Shown here: in pieces, positions 17,905-27,734 of the stretch | How positions within the stretch are numbered: the first letter of the stretch is position 1 | Layout: the number at the start of each line of letters is the position of its first letter | Assembly (NCBI GenBank): GCA_013138555.1 | Contig: WTCN01000199.1 | Coordinates: 1 to 35,323 of the forward strand | Source: Methyloprofundus sp. | GTDB taxonomy: Bacteria > Pseudomonadota > Gammaproteobacteria > Methylococcales > Methylomonadaceae | Reading direction: 5' to 3' | DNA length: 35,323 bases | Position numbers and translations under genes: made by a program | The notes under the pieces: generated by a model | Told to the model about the DNA's origin: nothing | Database searches by the model: none | The model's input: the letters and a program-made list of their open reading frames with translations, nothing else

Positions 17905-19596
17905 TCAGGATAGGTTGTTTTTGAAGTACTGGGATAGCATTCTTAGTGGTTGCGTAATGCGCCAGCTTGTTGAATTTAGCAGTTGTTCTATATGGACTAA
18001 GCTTGCCTGAGTTTTGAGTTCTTTGCTGCTAATTTCTTGTTTAAGGTTTTTTATAATCACTTCTTGCTGCTTAATTATTTCAGATTGCACTTGTAGTTGG
18101 TGCTCTTTTGGGTAGCTTTGCTCAAGGTTCTCCATTAAGTCGAGCAGCTGTTCATTGGCAAGTCTAGGCAACCACTTTTTGAACAGGGGTAAGCATGCCT
18201 GCTTTTTTTTAAATTTATCTTGACTATTAATACCAACCTCGGACTGTCCTGTATTCCTATAAAAGGCACTAAAGCCATCTATAAATAAAAACGAGGTAAA
18301 CATGGATGCTTGAATCCAGAAGTCCCAATCTTCATATACTTTAAGGGATTCATCAATTTTACAACCTAGGTCTAAAAGTGAGCGTGAAAATAGAGCCGAA
18401 TGAATGGGAATATAATTACCGGAAATAAGGCGGTTTGCATTAAAAGGAGCGGAAAAATGTATAGGGAGAACGTTTTTATGTTCATCAATGCATTGTACGC
18501 CTGTGTATACCACTTTTATTTCGGGTCTGTCTATGATGGTGCTGGCTAATTTATGGATATGTTCAGGTAAAAACAAGTCATCATCATCCAAGAAAATAAG
18601 CAATTCACCTTGGCTGCACTTTAGTCCGGCATTGGCTGCATGTGATCGTCCCGTTTGTACTTCTAACTGTTCGTACTGAAAACTCTGTATATGTCCTATT
18701 GCTTCTTCTTGTACTAATTGGAGGGTGTTTCTACCGCCATCATTAATGACAATCAGCTCAATATTAGGGTAAGTCTGAGTGGCAACGGAGCGTATTGCTT
18801 CGCGTAAAAATTCAGGTCGATCTTGGGTGCGAATAATAACAGAAACTAGCGGTAAACTATTTGGTAATGCCTGTAATGAATATTGCTGACTGGCAACGGA
18901 TAATAACAGTGCATTTAAGGGGCGATCTTCTTTTGGCCAGGCATAAAAGGCTTCTGCATGGGAAACAGATAAAGGTAAAGACCATGCGCGAGATTGATTA
19001 AGCCCTAAAATACGCTCAATATAATGATTACTGCCCATCTGGCTGACATAGCAAGCCATTATTTTTTCTTTTTGGGAAATGACTTGGCTAATATCAATTA
19101 AATGATTAGTATGCGCTTGAAGGGAGATTTCATAACTCACGGGGCGTGCAGTAAAATTTAATTGACGCAGGCTTTCCCAGGCTAATACTGCCGTTATACG
19201 ATGATCGGGATGAGGTTCTTGAGGTGATGGGAAAAATACCGTGGTATATTGGTGTTTAGCTACAAAGTCACTTAGCCGGTTGATTAGGTGTTGCGATGTG
19301 CTTAGCTCTCTATCAATTTCGCGCCAAAATAGAGTATTACGGATGCCTAATTGCTGACAGGCTAACTTAGCTTCCTTTTCGCGCTTTGTGGTAAGTTCTT
19401 TGTCATCAAGGTCGGCTGCACGGCCATCGGTTAAAAATATAACATCGACAATTATTTTAGCGGCGAGTGCTAATAATATACTTCCGCCCATGCCAAATGT
19501 TTCATCATCAGGATGAGGAGCTAATACCAGCCAGGGCCCCTCAGGGAGTTCAGATGTTGATGGCGGTAAGTAACTGGATTCATTGATTAGTGTCAT
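17905..19596 (-). CDS. PIG-L/LmbE de-N-acetylase + GT2 + C-terminal coiled coil fusion
   Basis: LAPHPDDETFG and HPDH (PIG-L Zn motifs); VSVIIRT, VINDGG, FLDDDD, YEDWDFW (GT2); Q/K/E heptads ending LLNSTSWRITQPLR. Confidence 0.88.
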   Translation of the reverse strand: MTLINESSYLPPSTSELPEGPWLVLAPHPDDETFGMGGSILLALAAKIIVDVIFLTDGRAADLDDKELTTKREKEAKLACQQLGIRNTLFWREIDRELSTSQHLINRLSDFVAKHQYTTVFFPSPQEPHPDHRITAVLAWESLRQLNFTARPVSYEISLQAHTNHLIDISQVISQKEKIMACYVSQMGSNHYIERILGLNQSRAWSLPLSVSHAEAFYAWPKEDRPLNALLLSVASQQYSLQALPNSLPLVSVIIRTQDRPEFLREAIRSVATQTYPNIELIVINDGGRNTLQLVQEEAIGHIQSFQYEQLEVQTGRSHAANAGLKCSQGELLIFLDDDDLFLPEHIHKLASTIIDRPEIKVVYTGVQCIDEHKNVLPIHFSAPFNANRLISGNYIPIHSALFSRSLLDLGCKIDESLKVYEDWDFWIQASMFTSFLFIDGFSAFYRNTGQSEVGINSQDKFKKKQACLPLFKKWLPRLANEQLLDLMENLEQSYPKEHQLQVQSEIIKQQEVIIKNLKQEISSKELKTQASLVHIEQLLNSTSWRITQPLRMLSQYFKNNLS

Positions 19597-19669
19597 AATA
19601 ATAGCCTGAAGGCAGGATTAAAAGCGTGTATAAAATAAGGCTTAAGTAGTCGTTCAACATTATTTTTAC

Positions 19670-19725
19670 CCATATCTTCGCCAAACTAAATTCTGGTCAA
19701 AAGAATCAATGGATTATAAGTTGTA
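19670..19725 (+). mobile_element. Orphan end of the CAATACCTTCGCCAAAAT-TIR MITE/IS family
   Basis: CCATATCTTCGCCAAACT (15/18 to the TIR at 21684), followed by sequence resembling 27735-27810 including IHF-like AATCAAtggaTTA (19704-19716). Confidence 0.5.
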
Positions 19726-19738
19726 TTTGTTAAAAAGG

Positions 19739-19927
19739 ACGGACAAAGCTTTTTCTGTCGGTGGGATTGATCCCGAAAAGCCACGGAAAGCAACACCTTG
19801 GTGCTTTTGGAAAACGATTATCACTGGGGTGCTCTTTTGAAAAAAAGCAATGGAAGAACGTCCCCGTAAGCGTCAATTGCAATGTTTGCCACCTCGCGTG
19901 GAAAAGCTACTGGTGGCTTTTGCTTGA
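19739..19927 (+). pseudogene. Possible transposase C-terminal remnant (IS4-like)
   Basis: Frame with an internal stop: ...TPWCFWK...VLF*KKAMEERPRKRQLQCLP...; resemblance from memory only. Confidence 0.3.
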
Positions 19928-21661
19928 TATGCGAATTGCATTTATCTTTTTTATGATTAACTCCTGAATTTCTATATCTGTATCATTGGTTGTTAATCTA
20001 GTATTATCACCATCTAGCTTAATAGAATAATCTTTGTTTTCTGAAAAAACACTAATAATATTTCTATTATCACCTCTTCTATGTGCAATATATTGAGCTG
20101 GGTTCCCGCTAAGTATATCCCCAGTCCAATTTGAAGAACATTGGGTATTTGATACTAGACCTTTTAAGCTATTAAATATATCTATCTGTTGATACTGCTC
20201 ATTTACTATAGAATGATTTTTATCCCCATACGACACAATCATAGGAACTTTAGCAGAAGCTTTAAGTGAGCCAAACAATTCAACCTCCTCATTTTTCAAA
20301 GGAACCATTGAGTGGTGGTCTCCAACAATTATTAACATTCCTTTATCAAAATATCCCATGTCAATTAATTTCTTATAAAACAATCCAATTTGTTTGTCAG
20401 CATATTTAAAAGCCTCAGCCTCAGACTTATTTTTATTCTCAGGGTTAATAAAAGGGTGATGTGTACTAACTGTTTTTATAAAAATAAAAAAATTATTATT
20501 ATCGTGATGATTAATCCTATCTAATACGCGATTATAAAGTGCTTCGTCAGGTGCTGCTTTAAAATGAAATCTATCCCATTTTTCATAATAGGGGTATTCA
20601 TGACCTTCAATGTAATTGAAACCTACACTCTTAGCCCATTCTCCTGTATTAGCAAATGATAGGTCAGCTGTCGTTAAAAAATCTGTTGTATATCTTTTTT
20701 TCTTTAAAATATTTGGCAGAGACTCTTCAACACCAAAAAAACCATTGAATGATGTTCCTCCTCCATTTGTATAACTGGATGGTCTGTATATCGGGAGTTT
20801 GCCAGTTAATAGTGAAATTTCACCATCTTCTGTAGTGAAACCATTCGCATAAAAGTTTTTGTAAGATATATTTTTACTAGCAATTATATCAAGGTTTGGT
20901 GTCCAGTTTTTTATCCCTGAAAAATAGCTACTTTGATATGATGAAAGTGATTCAACCATAAGGAGTATAATATTACGTTTTTCAGGAATTTTTGAGTAAC
21001 ATAGTTCCTTTTCCGAAAATCTAAAATTTTTAATAAACTCATTACTATATTCTTTTGCTTCAGACAAAATGATTAAATTGTAATTTATAAAATTTTTATA
21101 AACCCATGAGTGTACATATTTATCATTTCCTTTATCAGCAAAGTTTGAAATAAAAAATATACTTAATACCATAATGATAGAGTACCTATGAGTGCTATTA
21201 TTTTTAATTTTATATTTACTGAAAATTGATTGAGCCATAAAGCCAACTACAACAATCATTATTATCAGCAATAAAAAACCTTTTCCATTATGTGTTTGTT
21301 GTATATATTTAAGTGAATATGATGCATATTTAATGACATCGGTTACAACTAAATGAGTATTAAAATTCCTTATTACATAAACATCAACTGCATACAAAAA
21401 AACTACAAAAATACTTAACACCCTTAATAATATTGATGCGATATATGGCATTCTACTTAAATATGATAGATAAAGTAAAAGCATAACGGCTGAAAAAATT
21501 ATCGCATCATTCGCTAAAACTTGCGTAGCTCCAAACAACCTGATGCCTGTATATGAATGAAGAAAGTTATCTACAAGCAACATTTTTAATGCTAAGGGAA
21601 CAATTGCCAATATGAGTACAATAATAACTTTTATGGTTCTATAATTTAATATGATATTCAT
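19907..21661 (-). CDS. LtaS/MdoB-like membrane-anchored phosphoglycerol/phospho-transferase (alkaline phosphatase/sulfatase superfamily)
   Basis: About five N-terminal TM helices; NIILLMVESL, GFTTEDGE (Thr nucleophile), STHHPF, IVGDHH. Start placed at ATG 21661 because the longer frame reads through an IS terminal repeat. Confidence 0.85.
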   Translation of the reverse strand: MNIILNYRTIKVIIVLILAIVPLALKMLLVDNFLHSYTGIRLFGATQVLANDAIIFSAVMLLLYLSYLSRMPYIASILLRVLSIFVVFLYAVDVYVIRNFNTHLVVTDVIKYASYSLKYIQQTHNGKGFLLLIIMIVVVGFMAQSIFSKYKIKNNSTHRYSIIMVLSIFFISNFADKGNDKYVHSWVYKNFINYNLIILSEAKEYSNEFIKNFRFSEKELCYSKIPEKRNIILLMVESLSSYQSSYFSGIKNWTPNLDIIASKNISYKNFYANGFTTEDGEISLLTGKLPIYRPSSYTNGGGTSFNGFFGVEESLPNILKKKRYTTDFLTTADLSFANTGEWAKSVGFNYIEGHEYPYYEKWDRFHFKAAPDEALYNRVLDRINHHDNNNFFIFIKTVSTHHPFINPENKNKSEAEAFKYADKQIGLFYKKLIDMGYFDKGMLIIVGDHHSMVPLKNEEVELFGSLKASAKVPMIVSYGDKNHSIVNEQYQQIDIFNSLKGLVSNTQCSSNWTGDILSGNPAQYIAHRRGDNRNIISVFSENKDYSIKLDGDNTRLTTNDTDIEIQELIIKKINAIRISSKSHQ

Positions 21662-21779
21662 CCTAATTATTTGCTCTCTGTACCAATACCTTCGCCAAAA
21701 TAAGGGAGGGGAAAAAACTAAGGATGGCCAGAAAAAGGTAAAATACTGGGTTACCACACCACAGTACCCAATAGGCTTT

Positions 21780-22005
21780 TAAGACGCTTGAGTTGCTGAC
21801 AGCGTTTATCTAACCATATCGTGCGTTTAGGTTTATCTGTTTTTCCAGAGTAGGCCGCGTAATATACATTTGCCAAATACTCAGTGACATGAAAAAAATC
21901 TAACAATTGGCGGCTCGTGTGTTGCTCTAAAAATGACCAATTATTTTTTGCTCCATCTGCTATCCCTAAATAGAGAGCACAGGGTGTTGCTTTTTGATAG
22001 AAGTT
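21780..22005 (-). pseudogene. ISKra4-family transposase internal fragment
   Basis: YLGIADGAKNNWSFL...LLDFFHVTEYL...WLDKRCQQLK. Confidence 0.75.
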
Positions 22006-22046
22006 TACCCTAATTTTAACATTATTAAAAATCAGCACCCGTATTT

Positions 22047-22260
22047 GTAACTTCTCATTAGTGACAGGTAGCCGCATTGGAAATCAATTCCGACAGGTGC
22101 GGAATTTTCTCCTCTCCTAAGCATCTGTCCTTAAGATAATTCCAAAAAGAAATCCCCTGTTTTCGGCAAGTCTTTTTTAAACTCGCAAACGTATCTCGGG
22201 CTTTTCTACCCGGATTGCTTCGAGTATTACCACTAATCTTTCGTTTTTTCACATACTCCA
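22047..22260 (-). pseudogene. IS66-family transposase C-terminal fragment with GTAA end
   Basis: EYVKKRKISGNTRS..GRKARDTFASLKKTCRKQGISFWNYLKDR; terminus GTAACTTCTCA at 22047 just past the stop. Confidence 0.75.
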
Positions 22261-22565
22261 AAGCCCCGTCATTAATCACATAGAATCTGCCGGAAGCCTG
22301 ACTTAAACATTCTTCATTTTGGCGAAGGTATTGCTTTACAAAAAACAATATAAATAAATCCCTGAATAACTACAGAGGACACAGAAAGCACAGAGGTTTC
22401 GCGATAAAAAAACTCTACGACCCTTTGTAGTAAAAATGTAAAATGTGTCTGCACTGCTACTTATAGCCGAAAGAATTGGAGTAGGCTTTGACCTGTGTGT
22501 ATGCTTCGCATGTAGGCTAGGGATTGTTCCCTTCTTTCAAGCATAGTATATGCATACAGAAAGAA

Positions 22566-24317
22566 TTATCTAAAGTCCATATCCCCCGCCATTAGCCACC
22601 AGCAGTTTTTTAATGTTTCGGGCTGAGGGCCAGTTGTCCATATATTGCTTGGAATACGGATATCCATAACTTCTGTATGAGAGTGTTTCGTTTGAAAATA
22701 AGATGAAAAATTGTCGGTAATTTGACAAAATAATTGCTCACAATGATTGAGTGCGGCAAATCGTTTAGCGTAAACAATCAATAAGGGAATGTTTTTGATC
22801 GGAGAAATAATATCCAAAATATCACAGCGCTGATCTTTAATGTCAAGGATAACAATGCCATAAGGGTTATTTGTTATGCGGTTTTTAACAACAAAAATAG
22901 AGTAAGATCGGTGGGGGTGATTCAGGTAGCGATTAAGTAAATAAGCATAGTCACGTACCCCTACGATAGCATTTCGTAAATCGTGTGCCATTGCCTGCCA
23001 TAATGAGTCAATTATATGACTAAATTGGTGGGCGTTGTTTTTATCAATGAATCGTAGGCAAGAAACTAATCTGGGGCGTGAGCTAGAAGTTGGCCAGGAT
23101 ATTTCGTGCATTTTCCCTACCTCAGTATATAAGCCTAAATGTTCAGCGACTTTCATTGCACGCTCATTAGGAAACCCAAAACCCAATAAAAAAGGTCTCC
23201 CAAAGCCAATATAGCGCTCTAGAAACGTGGCTGCCATACGAAAAAAAGCTCCCGACCTTGTTAGTATGCCGCGCTGCTGAGGGTGCACCATCACATCGCC
23301 AATCTGGATAGCTTTTTGACTTTCGGAAAAAAAGAGAATGTCTCTGGGGATCCCGCCATAGTGCGCGACTAATGTATTAGCTTCCCAAATACAAAGTTCG
23401 GGAGCGTGCCCTGATAGATATTTCCACTGCCAGAAATTAGCAGATACCGGCTGATTAAATGAGTCCTCAAACAACACTTGTATTTTTTCAAAATACTGTT
23501 TGTCGAAATGTTTTAAACGCCACTTAGGGTATTTACCTTTTTTAAAATGCAACAAAGCATAACCATATTGTTCACGGGTATATTTTTCTTTATAAAGTCT
23601 ATTTGAATTATTTAATTGGTCTAGCTGTTCAGCAGGTAGTTGTAAATCACTCATTAATTGCCGCTGGTGCTTTTGAATGATTTTTAAAAGGTAATCGAGT
23701 GTAGCAGGGGCCAGTTTGGATAAATCAATTTTCTCCTCTAACTTAAAGCCAAAACGACTTGCTAGCAGTAGTATGTCCTTAAGGAAATGTAGGTTATCCT
23801 GCCCAGGTTCTTTTTGCATTAAAGAAAACTCATCCAGTATGATTAATGAGCCTGAATCTGTCAGGTAATCTAATGCTTGATTAAAAATAACCAAGGGGTC
23901 AATGTATTGTGCTGATTCTTGTAATAAAATGACATCAAAGCTATTAGGTTCAGCTGCAAAATTTTCAAAGCTTAGATCACTGATAGGGGCTTTATTATCC
24001 CATTGAGTTTGAATGTAATTGACCTGCTCAATATCAGGTGTGATGCCCTGAATCTGGTAGCCCATATCAGTGAGCAGTTTAAGTGTTGTGCCCAGACCAA
24101 TGCCTACTTCCAGTATTCTGCAGGGTGGCGGGGGAAGTTGTTTCAAAATCAGCTCTGTAGAATGGCGCTGGGCATCCTGTATAGTCGTTGTATCATCCTT
24201 GAATAAACCGTAATGTAAATATTCAGCTTGTCCTTCTTCCAATAAGAGTGCCTGGGCATAAACATTTAATGGGAAGCTCATTTTTAAAAAAGGAGACTTA
24301 TGTGTGTTATTTTGCAT
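22566..24317 (-). CDS. Class I SAM methyltransferase + GNAT acyltransferase fusion
   Basis: LHYGLF...RILEVGIGLG (SAM motif I), FDVILLQESAQY; C-terminal FWQWKY...LVAHYGG...QIGDVMVHPQQRG...FGFPN (GNAT). Confidence 0.82.
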   Translation of the reverse strand: MQNNTHKSPFLKMSFPLNVYAQALLLEEGQAEYLHYGLFKDDTTTIQDAQRHSTELILKQLPPPPCRILEVGIGLGTTLKLLTDMGYQIQGITPDIEQVNYIQTQWDNKAPISDLSFENFAAEPNSFDVILLQESAQYIDPLVIFNQALDYLTDSGSLIILDEFSLMQKEPGQDNLHFLKDILLLASRFGFKLEEKIDLSKLAPATLDYLLKIIQKHQRQLMSDLQLPAEQLDQLNNSNRLYKEKYTREQYGYALLHFKKGKYPKWRLKHFDKQYFEKIQVLFEDSFNQPVSANFWQWKYLSGHAPELCIWEANTLVAHYGGIPRDILFFSESQKAIQIGDVMVHPQQRGILTRSGAFFRMAATFLERYIGFGRPFLLGFGFPNERAMKVAEHLGLYTEVGKMHEISWPTSSSRPRLVSCLRFIDKNNAHQFSHIIDSLWQAMAHDLRNAIVGVRDYAYLLNRYLNHPHRSYSIFVVKNRITNNPYGIVILDIKDQRCDILDIISPIKNIPLLIVYAKRFAALNHCEQLFCQITDNFSSYFQTKHSHTEVMDIRIPSNIWTTGPQPETLKNCWWLMAGDMDFR

Positions 24318-25464
24318 GTGAGGCCGATTGTGTTAAGAAAATTTTTTCATACTGTTGAGCTATTTCAATAATACCAGGCCAATTCTTAGCAAGAATATGA
24401 CTTTTTTGAGCCATTTTTTTGATGTTTGCAGGAGAGGACAAGACATCATCCAGTGCTTTTTTTAAGGCCTCTTTTTCAGGTTCGATAAGTAAAGCGCATG
24501 TTCCCATAATTTCAGCAACCGCTCCAACACGAGTACAAATAATTGGTAAGCCAGCAACAGCGGCTTCAAGATTAGCCATTCCAAAAGATTCAGTCGCTGA
24601 GGTACTTACATACAGGTCAGATGCACTAAGATATAATCCAATATCATCGGTATGTGTGATTAAAGCTTTATTAGCAAGATTACATGTTTGTGAAAATTGC
24701 AACAAATAAGATGAATCGCCTTGACCTAAGATAACAACTTGTATTTTTGGATTTTGAATTAGTTCACTACAGGCACTAATAAAAATAGGAAATTGTTTTA
24801 GTTCAATAAGTTGCCCGACTGCAATAATATAAGTCAGATCATTTTTCCAGCCTAATATGGTACGAGCGGCTTTTTTATTAATAAGCTTGATATCAGGTTT
24901 CGCATGATAAACTGAATGCCAATTTTGTGATATATTTTTAAGCTTTAAATCTTGTTTAAGTTGCTGAAGGCCACTAAATGACGGTGAGATAAGCCAGTGA
25001 GATTGTAAAGAGGTCTTTTTTTCACAGAACTGTAAGAAATTCTTTAAGTGGGGAGATAGGGAAATTCCAGGTCGGTTTTGTACATAGGCACCAAAGCCAT
25101 GTTCAGAAAATCCCCAAAAAACTTTTTTATTATTAAGTAAAAGAATAGAAAAAAAATGAAAACTGGTTGCAATAACTGGATCAGAGCAATGTACATGCGT
25201 ATATTTGTCGCGCTTTGCAAGCCAAGCAGCTTTTGCTCCCATTTTAAAGCGTATCAAAGCATGCCCTAAGGTTGCGCGAAAGAGGGGGGGAGAACGACAT
25301 AAGTTTAAAATAAACGTCTCAATTTTATATGGGGGATTTGTCTGATATAGATAATAGGTTGTATGGCCATTTTTCTGTAATTGACGCATTAAGGGTAAGG
25401 TGCTTTTTCCAATACCATAGCGTAAATCGGTTTCTAGTTCACAAGAAACGAATAATATTTTCAT
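24307..25464 (-). CDS. Glycosyltransferase family 4 (GT-B)
   Basis: MKILFV, AVGQLIELK, ESFGMANLEA (EX7E), GLPIICTRVGAVAE. Confidence 0.9.
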   Translation of the reverse strand: MKILFVSCELETDLRYGIGKSTLPLMRQLQKNGHTTYYLYQTNPPYKIETFILNLCRSPPLFRATLGHALIRFKMGAKAAWLAKRDKYTHVHCSDPVIATSFHFFSILLLNNKKVFWGFSEHGFGAYVQNRPGISLSPHLKNFLQFCEKKTSLQSHWLISPSFSGLQQLKQDLKLKNISQNWHSVYHAKPDIKLINKKAARTILGWKNDLTYIIAVGQLIELKQFPIFISACSELIQNPKIQVVILGQGDSSYLLQFSQTCNLANKALITHTDDIGLYLSASDLYVSTSATESFGMANLEAAVAGLPIICTRVGAVAEIMGTCALLIEPEKEALKKALDDVLSSPANIKKMAQKSHILAKNWPGIIEIAQQYEKIFLTQSASHAK

Positions 25465-25636
25465 ACGATAATCAATTTATCAGCTTAAGTTAAACAAGGT
25501 ATCTATTTGTAATATATGGCTTTATGGGGTGGTCTAGCTTATCGTAAGGTATAGGGTGGTATTGACCTGAACTGGCTTTAAACTGCATGTTGGTACAATA
25601 TGCAGTTTATACCTCATGAGCCGTTATCATTCCGCA

Positions 25637-26836
25637 TTAATTTTCAAGCCAATGATGAGGGAGTTTGACAACGCCCTGCTCCATACCATCTTGAGACACT
25701 GTTAGCTTTGCAACCTGTAGAGCTGTGTCATAAATATGGATGGAATTTTCACAGCCCAAATAGACATCAACCCAATAATCACCACGAGCTAGGGGGATTT
25801 TATTAAAGACCACTTTTGCGATGCTTTTGCCCTTTTTATCACGATCTAAAGATATGTTGTCAAATTGACTACCCACCATTGTCACGCCACGACTATCAAT
25901 TGTTGTAATTGCAATAGCAATATTAGGAATAGGTAAATTTACAGTCGATACAATCTCTACCTGAATCAATAAATCACTTTTTAAAGAGTGAATTGGAATA
26001 ATTTTCCCAGAAATTTCTTCATTAGAAACAGTCACAGAGACTATTTTAGCAATGTTTTCAGGTAAATGGGGTGTTGTTAGTTGAATGGTGCTTTTATTTT
26101 GATTTAATAGGCTATTTTGATAGCTCATGGTAACGTTCTCAACTGCACCAATCATCTTTATTTCACCGTTCTCTAACCAAATGGCACGATTACAAATCGC
26201 TTCAACCTGATAGAGTGAGTGAGAGCAAAATAAAATGGTTTTGCCGCTGTTTTTTAAATCCATAATTCGGTCAAATGACTGCCGCGCAAAAGCGCCATCA
26301 CCCACGGACAGAGCTTCATCGACCACAAGAATATCAGGATCAACATTAATGGCAACAGAAAAAGCCAGGCGAATATACATACCACTAGAATATGTCTTTA
26401 CTGGCTGGTCGATAAAATCACTTATTCCTGAGAACTCAATAATATCATCAAAGCGTTCAATAATATCAGCATCACTTAAGCCCATAATCGATGCACTCAT
26501 AAAGATATTCTCACGCCCACTAAATTCGGGATTAAAGCCTGCTCCCAATTCTAGTAAGGCAGCAATGCGCCCATTGACTGTAACTTCTCCTCGGCTAGGG
26601 GTTAATGTGCCACATATTAATTGTAACAGGCTAGATTTTCCTGCGCCATTACGTCCAATAATACCAATAACTTCTCCGGGAGTGATTTCGAAATTTATAT
26701 TACGTAAGGCCCAGAATTCCTTAAAAAACTGACGCTTCCCGCGCCATAAAAATTGCTTAAGGCGGTCTTTAGGTTGTGCGTAGAGTTGGTAACATTTATC
26801 TAGGTGAGTAACCTTAATAGCTGGCTTATAAGACAT
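25637..26836 (-). CDS. wzt: Polysaccharide ABC exporter ATPase with C-terminal carbohydrate-binding (Wzt_C) extension
   Basis: GRNGAGKS, YSSGM, LVVDEALSVGD; ~140-aa C-terminal beta domain; start at ATG 26836 overlapping the wzm end. Confidence 0.93.
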   Translation of the reverse strand: MSYKPAIKVTHLDKCYQLYAQPKDRLKQFLWRGKRQFFKEFWALRNINFEITPGEVIGIIGRNGAGKSSLLQLICGTLTPSRGEVTVNGRIAALLELGAGFNPEFSGRENIFMSASIMGLSDADIIERFDDIIEFSGISDFIDQPVKTYSSGMYIRLAFSVAINVDPDILVVDEALSVGDGAFARQSFDRIMDLKNSGKTILFCSHSLYQVEAICNRAIWLENGEIKMIGAVENVTMSYQNSLLNQNKSTIQLTTPHLPENIAKIVSVTVSNEEISGKIIPIHSLKSDLLIQVEIVSTVNLPIPNIAIAITTIDSRGVTMVGSQFDNISLDRDKKGKSIAKVVFNKIPLARGDYWVDVYLGCENSIHIYDTALQVAKLTVSQDGMEQGVVKLPHHWLEN

Positions 26837-27635
26837 CAGCAAACCCTTTGCGTGTTTTATTAAACCAGGCCCAACCCAGCCAAGTGGTGAAAATAGAAAC
26901 AAGACTGTAATATCCCATATTAACCCAGTTAGGCTGTACTCCCCAGATTAGAACGGCGCGTACTTGCTCGACAATTAAAGTAATGGGGTTTAAAAATAAA
27001 TAAGGCCTGATTGGTTCGGGAAGAGCGGACAAAGGGTAAAAAATAGGACTCATAAACAACAATGCAGTGAGAACCATGGTAATAATCTGACTAATATCAC
27101 GAATAAAAACGCCTGTGGCAGCTAAAAACCAGGATATCCCCATAATAAGTAATAAAAAAGGGAGCACAATGACAGGAAGCCATAATGCGGCAAAGCTAAA
27201 ATGATGGCCGTTCAGCGTTAAAAAAAACAGCAAAACCAGAAAACTAGTCATTGCATGAAATAAGGCCGAGCCTAAACTGACCCATGGAAGGATTTCCAAA
27301 GGAAAAATTACTTTTTTAACATAATTAACATTACTTAAAATCAAGCCAGGTGCACGTGCAATGCACTCCGAAAATAAATTATAGATAATTAAACCGGTGA
27401 ATAATACCAAAGCAAACTCATACTGATTTGAATGCTCTTGCCCCCAGCGGGTTTTAAACACAAAGCTAAACACAAAAGTATAAATGACGAGCATTAAAAT
27501 GGGAGTAACAAAAGACCATAATAATCCCAAAAAAGATCCACGATAACGTCCAATGATTTCACGCATAACCATGCGTAAGATTAGGCGGAAATTATCCTGG
27601 AGGCTAGAAATAAAGCTAAATGAGTGATTAGACAT
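26826..27635 (-). CDS. wzm: Polysaccharide ABC exporter permease
   Basis: RYRGSFLGLLWSFVTP, NYVKKVIFPLEILP, SPIFYP, LNP, GFADVL C-terminus. Confidence 0.94.
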   Translation of the reverse strand: MSNHSFSFISSLQDNFRLILRMVMREIIGRYRGSFLGLLWSFVTPILMLVIYTFVFSFVFKTRWGQEHSNQYEFALVLFTGLIIYNLFSECIARAPGLILSNVNYVKKVIFPLEILPWVSLGSALFHAMTSFLVLLFFLTLNGHHFSFAALWLPVIVLPFLLLIMGISWFLAATGVFIRDISQIITMVLTALLFMSPIFYPLSALPEPIRPYLFLNPITLIVEQVRAVLIWGVQPNWVNMGYYSLVSIFTTWLGWAWFNKTRKGFADVL

Positions 27636-27734
27636 AAAAAATATTGAAATATTATGGTAACTTCTTGTTAATAGGGAGGGGGTGCTATGCGGGGGCTAAA
27701 AACTTACTTTCTGGTGATTTTGTAAGCTTTATAT

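Larger units (their letters stand above)
21684..22333. mobile_element. 650-bp element with perfect 18-bp TIRs enclosing ISKra4 and IS66 fragments
   Basis: CAATACCTTCGCCAAAAT at 21684-21701 and its exact reverse complement at 22316-22333; flanks CTGTAC / CTTTAC (5/6 match). Confidence 0.75.

Noticed and set aside
21662-21757. 32-aa N-terminal extension of the LtaS-like ORF
   Set aside because: It reads through the 18-bp TIR of an inserted element.
22369-22432. ACAGAG-periodic short repeat with a decayed inverted partner
   Set aside because: Too short and degenerate to support an element or array.
19643-22463. Outer inverted ends TAAGTAG... / ...CTACTTA around the AT-rich cassette
   Set aside because: Only ~7 bp match exactly, with weak similarity beyond; this could be chance.
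26837-26902. N-terminal extension of the wzt ORF
   Set aside because: It overlaps wzm; ATG 26836 gives the normal coupled start.
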